A stretch of DNA of 64,000 nt from Bacillota bacterium (GTDB lineage Bacteria > Bacillota > Sulfobacillia > Fermentithermobacillales > Fermentithermobacillaceae), in the NCBI GenBank assembly GCA_040766225.1, contig JAXGQX010000008.1, positions 6,311-70,310 on the forward strand, given 5' to 3'. A program made the translations under genes and the position numbers. Every line of letters begins with the position of its first letter. Within the stretch, counting starts at the first letter, position 1. Shown here one piece after another: positions 59,268 to 64,000 of this stretch. The notes below the pieces were generated by a model. That model did not search any database, was not told the origin of the DNA, and saw only the letters and a list, made by a program, of their open reading frames with translations.

Positions 59268-60636
59268 ATGACACGAGGGGGCTTCACCTTGACGAGCGCG
59301 ACCAGCATCGCAAATGCCAAATGGAACGCTTTTGAGGAATACGTAGAACAGGTAATGAAGGAGAACCACATCGCGGGAGCCGCGGTAGCGGTATCGTGTG
59401 GTGGAGATGTGGTCTATGCGAAAGGGTTCGGAGTCCGCGATATCACAAAGAAAGACCCCGTCACGCCCGAGTCCATCTTCGGCGTGGCTTCGGTAAGTAA
59501 GTCCTTTACCGCGATGGCGATCTCCCAACTGGTGGACCGCGGGCTGGTATGTCTGGATGATCCGGTGACGAAGTACATCCCAGAACTCCGCTTTCACGGG
59601 GCCGACATGTCGACGGTGAAGGTCCGGAACATCCTTTCCCACAGCACGGGCCTGCCGCCCATGACCAGGCGAGAGGACATCATCCGCTTTCAAGACCATG
59701 TGGAGTTCCTAAACGGTGAAACCTATGAGTTGCTGGGCAAACCAGAGGAGTACTTCAGCTACGCAAACGACACCTTCCTTCTGAACGGGCTCATCATAGA
59801 GCGTTTGACGGGCCAACTTTATCGCCGCTACATGACTCATCACGTGTTGGATCCTATCGGGATGAACCGTACCACCTACAATCTTGAGGAGCTTCCCAAG
59901 ATGGGAAACGTCACCGTCCCGTATGATTTCAACAGGGAGAAAGGTATCCTCGAACGCAAAAAGTGGCCTACCCTGGGCACTTTCGAAGTCGGCGGAGGAG
60001 TCCGGTCCAACGTCCTGGACCTGATGAAGTACGCCCAGGTCTACCTCAACAAGGTGCGGCAGCTAATGGTAAACGGATCATTTCAGAGGGAGTCCGTCAA
60101 AGCCATGTACCCCGGTGGTGAGGACCGGAGACGGTCTTTCTACTGCCTGGGACTGCAGACAACCCCCGACTACCACGGAGTGACTCTTATGGAGCACGGG
60201 GCGGTCAGCCCGGCGTCTCATCAAACTTTGGATTTGTGCCGGATAAAGGGGATCGCCGCGGCGGTGCTCACCAACGTGGGCGGCGTCCCGCGGGAGCCAT
60301 TTGGCTTTCGGCGGTGAACGTCACGCACTCGGATTGCCGATGGACGAAAAACGAAACGTCGAGACCGAATGGATCGACGTTCCCGAAGGCTACCTGGACC
60401 GTTTCGCCGGTACGTACCGGTGCGACGAGGGGGGCAAAATAACGATTACAGTCGACGGACGGTCTGCCAAGATCCTGAATGTGGAGCAGGAGTTCGCGCT
60501 CAAGATAGCCGACGAGACTACGATGTTCTACGAGGCCATGGGCCAGCAGATGGTGGTCCGGTTCTTTTTCAAAGATGGAAGCGAAAAGCCTTGGGCCGCC
60601 TTGGCCGGTTCGAGGATGTTGAGGCGCTCTTCTTGA
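59268..60636 (+). pseudogene. Serine hydrolase (class C beta-lactamase / PBP4*-like family), frame switches at ~60190-60340
   Basis: S-x-x-K motif ASVSKSFTAMAI, plus ILSHSTGLPP. GIAAAVLTNVGGVP and AGAIWLSAVNV lie in different frames. The C-terminal domain is ORF 60301..60636. Confidence 0.75.
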
Positions 60637-60733
60637 CCCGACCAGCCCTTTTCTAGTAGAATGTCTCATGCGGCCTGAGCGGAGTCCCATCTCATGTAGA
60701 AGGTTCGTCCGAAAGGTCGGTTCTGTGTCGCAA

Positions 60734-60807
<74 letters not shown>

Positions 60808-60809
60808 GC

Positions 60810-60885
60810 GCGCCTGTAGCTCAGGGGATAGAGCACCTGCCTTCTAAGCAGGGAGTCGCAGGTTCGATTCCTGCCAGGCGCGCCA
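60810..60885 (+). tRNA. tRNA-Arg (anticodon TCT)
   Basis: GCGCCTG acceptor, anticodon arm CCTGC-CTTCTAA-GCAGG, T-arm GCAGG-TTCGATT-CCTGC, CCA encoded. 76 nt. Confidence 0.9.
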
Positions 60886-60906
60886 AATCAGGAAAAGAAA
60901 CTTTGC

Positions 60907-60983
60907 GGTGGATGTAGCTCAGCTGGCAGAGCACCAGGTTGTGGCCCTGGGGGTCGCGGGTTCAAGTCCCGTCATTCACCCCA
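60907..60983 (+). tRNA. tRNA-His (anticodon GTG)
   Basis: Extra G at -1, acceptor GTGGATG, anticodon arm CCAGG-TTGTGGC-CCTGG, CCA encoded. 77 nt. Confidence 0.9.
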
Positions 60984-61002
60984 AGTCTTTTTTGCGTAGT
61001 AC

Positions 61003-61078
61003 GCGCCCGTAGCTCAATGGATAGAGTTACAGACTTCGGATCTGAAGGTTGCAGGTTCGAGTCCTGCCGGGCGCGCCA
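61003..61078 (+). tRNA. tRNA-Arg (anticodon TCG)
   Basis: GCGCCCGTAGCTCAATGGATAGAG start typical of tRNA-Arg. Anticodon loop CTTCGGA, with one A:A mismatch at the top of the anticodon stem. CCA encoded. 76 nt. Confidence 0.8.
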
Positions 61079-61084
61079 TGACGC

Positions 61085-61159
61085 TGGGGCGTCGCCAAGC
61101 GGTAAGGCATCAGCCTTTGGAGCTGACAAACGCAGGTTCGAATCCTGCCGCCCCAGCCA
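61085..61159 (+). tRNA. tRNA-Gln (anticodon TTG)
   Basis: TGGGGCGTCGCCAAGCGGTAAGGC start typical of tRNA-Gln. Anticodon arm TCAGC-CTTTGGA-GCTGA. CCA encoded. 75 nt. Confidence 0.9.
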
Positions 61160-61162
61160 GTT

Positions 61163-61237
61163 GGGCCATTAGCTCAGCGGAAGAGCACCCGCCTTTTAAG
61201 CGGGGAGTCGATGGTTCGAGTCCATCATGGCCCACCA
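61163..61237 (+). tRNA. tRNA-Lys (anticodon TTT)
   Basis: GGGCCAT acceptor, anticodon arm CCCGC-CTTTTAA-GCGGG, CCA encoded. 75 nt. Confidence 0.9.
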
Positions 61238-61273
61238 TAGATCTCAATGCATACAAATGCGTGTTCAAGAAAT

Positions 61274-61360
61274 GCGAGGGTGTCGGAACTGGCAGACGAG
61301 CTGGACTTAGGATCCAGTGCCCTCACAGGCGTAGGGGTTCAAATCCCCTCCCTCGCACCA
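61274..61360 (+). tRNA. tRNA-Leu (anticodon TAG)
   Basis: Long variable arm (class II), anticodon loop CTTAGGA, CCA encoded. 87 nt. Confidence 0.9.
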
Positions 61361-61698
61361 CTGTTAGAAGGTTGTCAGCCCTCCACAAGTAAGTCCGCAA
61401 GAAAGTCCACGATGGCTCCGTATTCGTTATGCCTTATCCCGGGCCCTATCTGCGCTTTGTCCGCGCTATCGGCAACCCATTTTCCGGGCGCGATGCAGGC
61501 CAGCAGGGACGGTTTGTCTATCTATGCACGCCATCCACGGAATTATCGGAAGAAGAAGGGAAAAACGGGCTTGCGCGGTATATAACAATAGAATCGATAT
61601 TGCGGTAATCGGACTATTCCACACTACTCAGGAGGTGAGCCCGCACAGACAGGTTGGACGGCCCCGGGTTTTGGAGTATACACAGAAGGAGGACCATA

Positions 61699-63443
61699 AT
61701 GAGGAAGAGATCATCGCTTCTGTTGCTGGCGACCCTCTTAGTGATTCTTGTGTCTGCATGCACCCCAAAGGTAACGCCTCCGGAACCGCCCAAGGAAAAA
61801 GTTTTCAGGTTTTCCGACACATATGATGTGAAGTCGATCAACGGCCACAATGATACCGATACCTTAGTGGGCGACATTTTAGCCTACACCCACTCCTCTT
61901 TGTATCGTCGTGTCCCCACAGAGGACGGTAAGGCGGCCATCTACATCGGCGACCTTGCTGATGGCGATCCCGTCACCCTGGACGATGGGTACACCTGGCG
62001 GATAAAACTGCGGAAGGATGCAAAGTGGCAGAACGGCGAACCGATCAATGCCGACACGATTATCTACTCCTGGAAGATGCTGATAGACCCACTTTTGGGC
62101 AACTCAATGGCAAACTTCCTGTATGACCGGGAGATAAAGATCGTCAACGGGTTTGAGTACTATACCCAGGCCCAAGAAGGCAAACCGGCTGTGGATTGGG
62201 AAGATGTCGGAATCAAGAAGATTGACGATTACACCATCGAGCTCCACACTATCCAGAGGTATCGAGCGGAAGACGTCAAGCGTCACTTTACAGACAGGTC
62301 CTTGTTCCCCGTGTATGAGCCGCTGTACGAAGCGGGGATGAACGATTCCAGGACTCTCACTACCTACGGTTCCTCGCTCAAGGAGTACATGGGCTGCGGG
62401 CCGTATTTCTTCGATAGCTGGAATCCTGACGCGAACCGCGTGTATGTGAAAAATCCGGATCACTGGTTAGCCGACTACTTCCACTATGACCGGGTCGAAG
62501 TCAGGATAACGCCCGACAGAAACGCGCGCGTCCAGATGTGGGAGAACGGCGAAATCGACGTAATGGGTCTGGATAGCGTAACCCTTGAGACCTACCGCGA
62601 CGACCCGCGGACGAGGAATACACCGGTATCACCACTCAGCACATAGACATCAACTCGCTTCACACGCAGAACCGATACTTCAGACCATGAACTTTAGGCG
62701 AGCGATGTATTGGGCTATGGACAGAGAGACCATTGCCCAGATAGTGGGAGCCAGACCCGCCCCTTATTACGTCAGCGCAGGCCGGCGCTTATCCCGAGCG
62801 CGGCATAACCTACCGCATGACCGATGAAGCAAAAGCGGTGGTTCCTCCCAACAACGGGTACGATCCGGTAAAGGCCAAGGAGTACTTCGACGCCGCTTTG
62901 GCCGAGGTGAATCAGACCAGCGTCACTGTTGAACTTATGTACAGCGATACGAGCGTTGGTCTAAAGGCCGTCGGCGAGTACTTGCAGCAGGCGCTCCCCG
63001 AGATTTTCGGAGCCGATAAATTCACGCTGACCTTGAAAGCCGTTCCCAGCGCGTCTTATTCGGCTGTTAGAAACTTCAGGACAAACGGTCCGGACTGCTT
63101 TGAGTTGGCCTTCAGCGGTTGGGCCTCTTCGCTTTCACGGGTCTACCCCTATGCCGCCTTTACGTACTTCGTGGACGCGTATGCCGCTAGGCCGAACTCC
63201 TTCATAAGCCCCGAGTTCGATGCGCAGTTCGCGGCTTGTCAGGCGGAGGAGGTTAGGCTGAATCCCGAGTTGATGGTCCAGATGACCGCCGAACTGGAGC
63301 GCCTCTACTTGAGAGATGTGGTCAACGTGCCTCTGTACGAGAACACCTACTACACAATGTACAGCGAGAGAATGGTGTTACCCTGCAGTGAGTACATCCC
63401 AGGGTTTGGTTACGGAACCATGTTCGCGGATATCGTCGAGTAA
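61699..63443 (+). pseudogene. ABC transporter substrate-binding lipoprotein, family 5 (Opp/Dpp-type), frame switches at ~62610-62820
   Basis: ATG 61699 follows GAAGGAGGA. Lipobox LVSAC. Colinear ORFs 61654..62646, 62585..62827 and 62817..63443. Family-5 strings: GYTWRIKLRKDAKWQNGEPINADTIIYSWK, NFRRAMYWAMDRE. Confidence 0.8.
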
Positions 63444-63581
63444 GGTGAGCTAGTAGAGGCTCAACTATCGCCGTTGTTAGGGTTGTTGCGCGGCAGCGCC
63501 CTAACAACGGCCTCCACAAAGGCTCCAATAAACCTGTCGAGTTGTTATTCCCCACTTGTGGATAGTTGTGGGAGGGTGACC

Positions 63582-64000
63582 ATGGCAAAATACATAGCCG
63601 GTCGTATCGTCGCAATGGTGATCACGTTGTATATCATCGTGAGCCTATCGTTTTTCGTCATTAGGCTTATGCCTCAAAACATCTTCGATAATCCGGAATT
63701 GCCTCCCTATGTGGTCGAGATCCTGGAGAGAAAGATGCATCTGGACAAGCCGCTTTACGTTCAGTATTTCTACTTCGTGCGCGGGGTCTTGCTCGAAGGG
63801 GACTGGGGGACCTCGGTCAAAATCAGACCAAGCTTGCCTGTCTTTAGGGTAATCACCAACAGGCTGCCGTTAACGATGCTGGTAAATGTAGCGTCTTTGT
63901 TCATCTCTCTTCCGTTGGGGATAACCGCGGGTACAGTCGCTGCGCTCCGCAAGAACAAACTGCCTGACCACCTTATTTCGGTGATGGTCATTTTGTGTAT
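63582..64000 (+). CDS. ABC transporter permease (OppB/DppB-type), 5' part, runs off the window
   Basis: ATG 63582 follows GGGAGGG. MAKYIAGRIVAMVITLYIIVSLSFFVIRLMP and LDKPLYVQYFYFV are typical OppB/DppB N-termini. Open to the window end. Confidence 0.8.
   Translation, partial: MAKYIAGRIVAMVITLYIIVSLSFFVIRLMPQNIFDNPELPPYVVEILERKMHLDKPLYVQYFYFVRGVLLEGDWGTSVKIRPSLPVFRVITNRLPLTMLVNVASLFISLPLGITAGTVAALRKNKLPDHLISVMVILC

Overview
GC-rich chromosomal segment with Gram-positive hallmarks: a LAPTG sortase substrate, SLH-like wall-binding repeats, a Gram-positive-style type IV pilus operon, and tRNAs with encoded CCA. Gene order, left to right:
- DUF218 gene, SorC regulator, DUF1906 glycoside-hydrolase-like gene.
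- A visibly lower-GC islet (68-aa repeat mini-ORF, 411-aa orphan, GIY-YIG nuclease gene) that ends in a roughly 100-bp x 7 tandem array.
- GH26-like hydrolase.
- A 10-kb type IV pilus locus: pilT, pilB, pilC, pilin, minor pilins, PilX-like beta-helix protein, pilM, pilN, pilO-like, pilD.
- Fragmented membrane protein, LAPTG adhesin, SLH-M15 wall peptidase.
- CDF-like transporter, CTP-transferase-family protein, MarR, RocB-like M20 peptidase.
- etfB, etfA and a GlcD-type dehydrogenase (lactate-utilisation-type trio).
- DUF1287, then a low-GC remnant island abutting tRNA-Pro.
- liv-type ABC transporter, DUF917-AroM-DUF917 cluster, ZIP transporter.
- SDH protease, ArsC-family protein, msrAB, NUDIX, APH, RdgB-like, MATE, M14 carboxypeptidase.
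- feoAB, DtxR-family repressor, serine hydrolase.
- A 7-tRNA cluster and the start of an Opp/Dpp-type ABC transporter.

Two window-wide peculiarities stand out. First, about half the genes are split by indel-type frame changes that cluster tightly, while neighbouring genes, including 2.2- and 2.8-kb ORFs, stay intact. I cannot tell real pseudogenisation from long-read or consensus indel error using sequence alone. Second, there are many tandem repeat arrays (10 to 104 bp units) in intergenic regions, and in-frame microsatellite insertions occur inside coding regions.

No CRISPR array, rRNA, integrase, reverse transcriptase or intact IS element was seen. The best candidate for something undescribed is the islet at 2.9-6.4 kb: orphan genes bracketed by a paralogous roughly 120-bp noncoding element, with the GIY-YIG gene fused to the structured 100-bp repeat array. 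Its function cannot be inferred from sequence alone.
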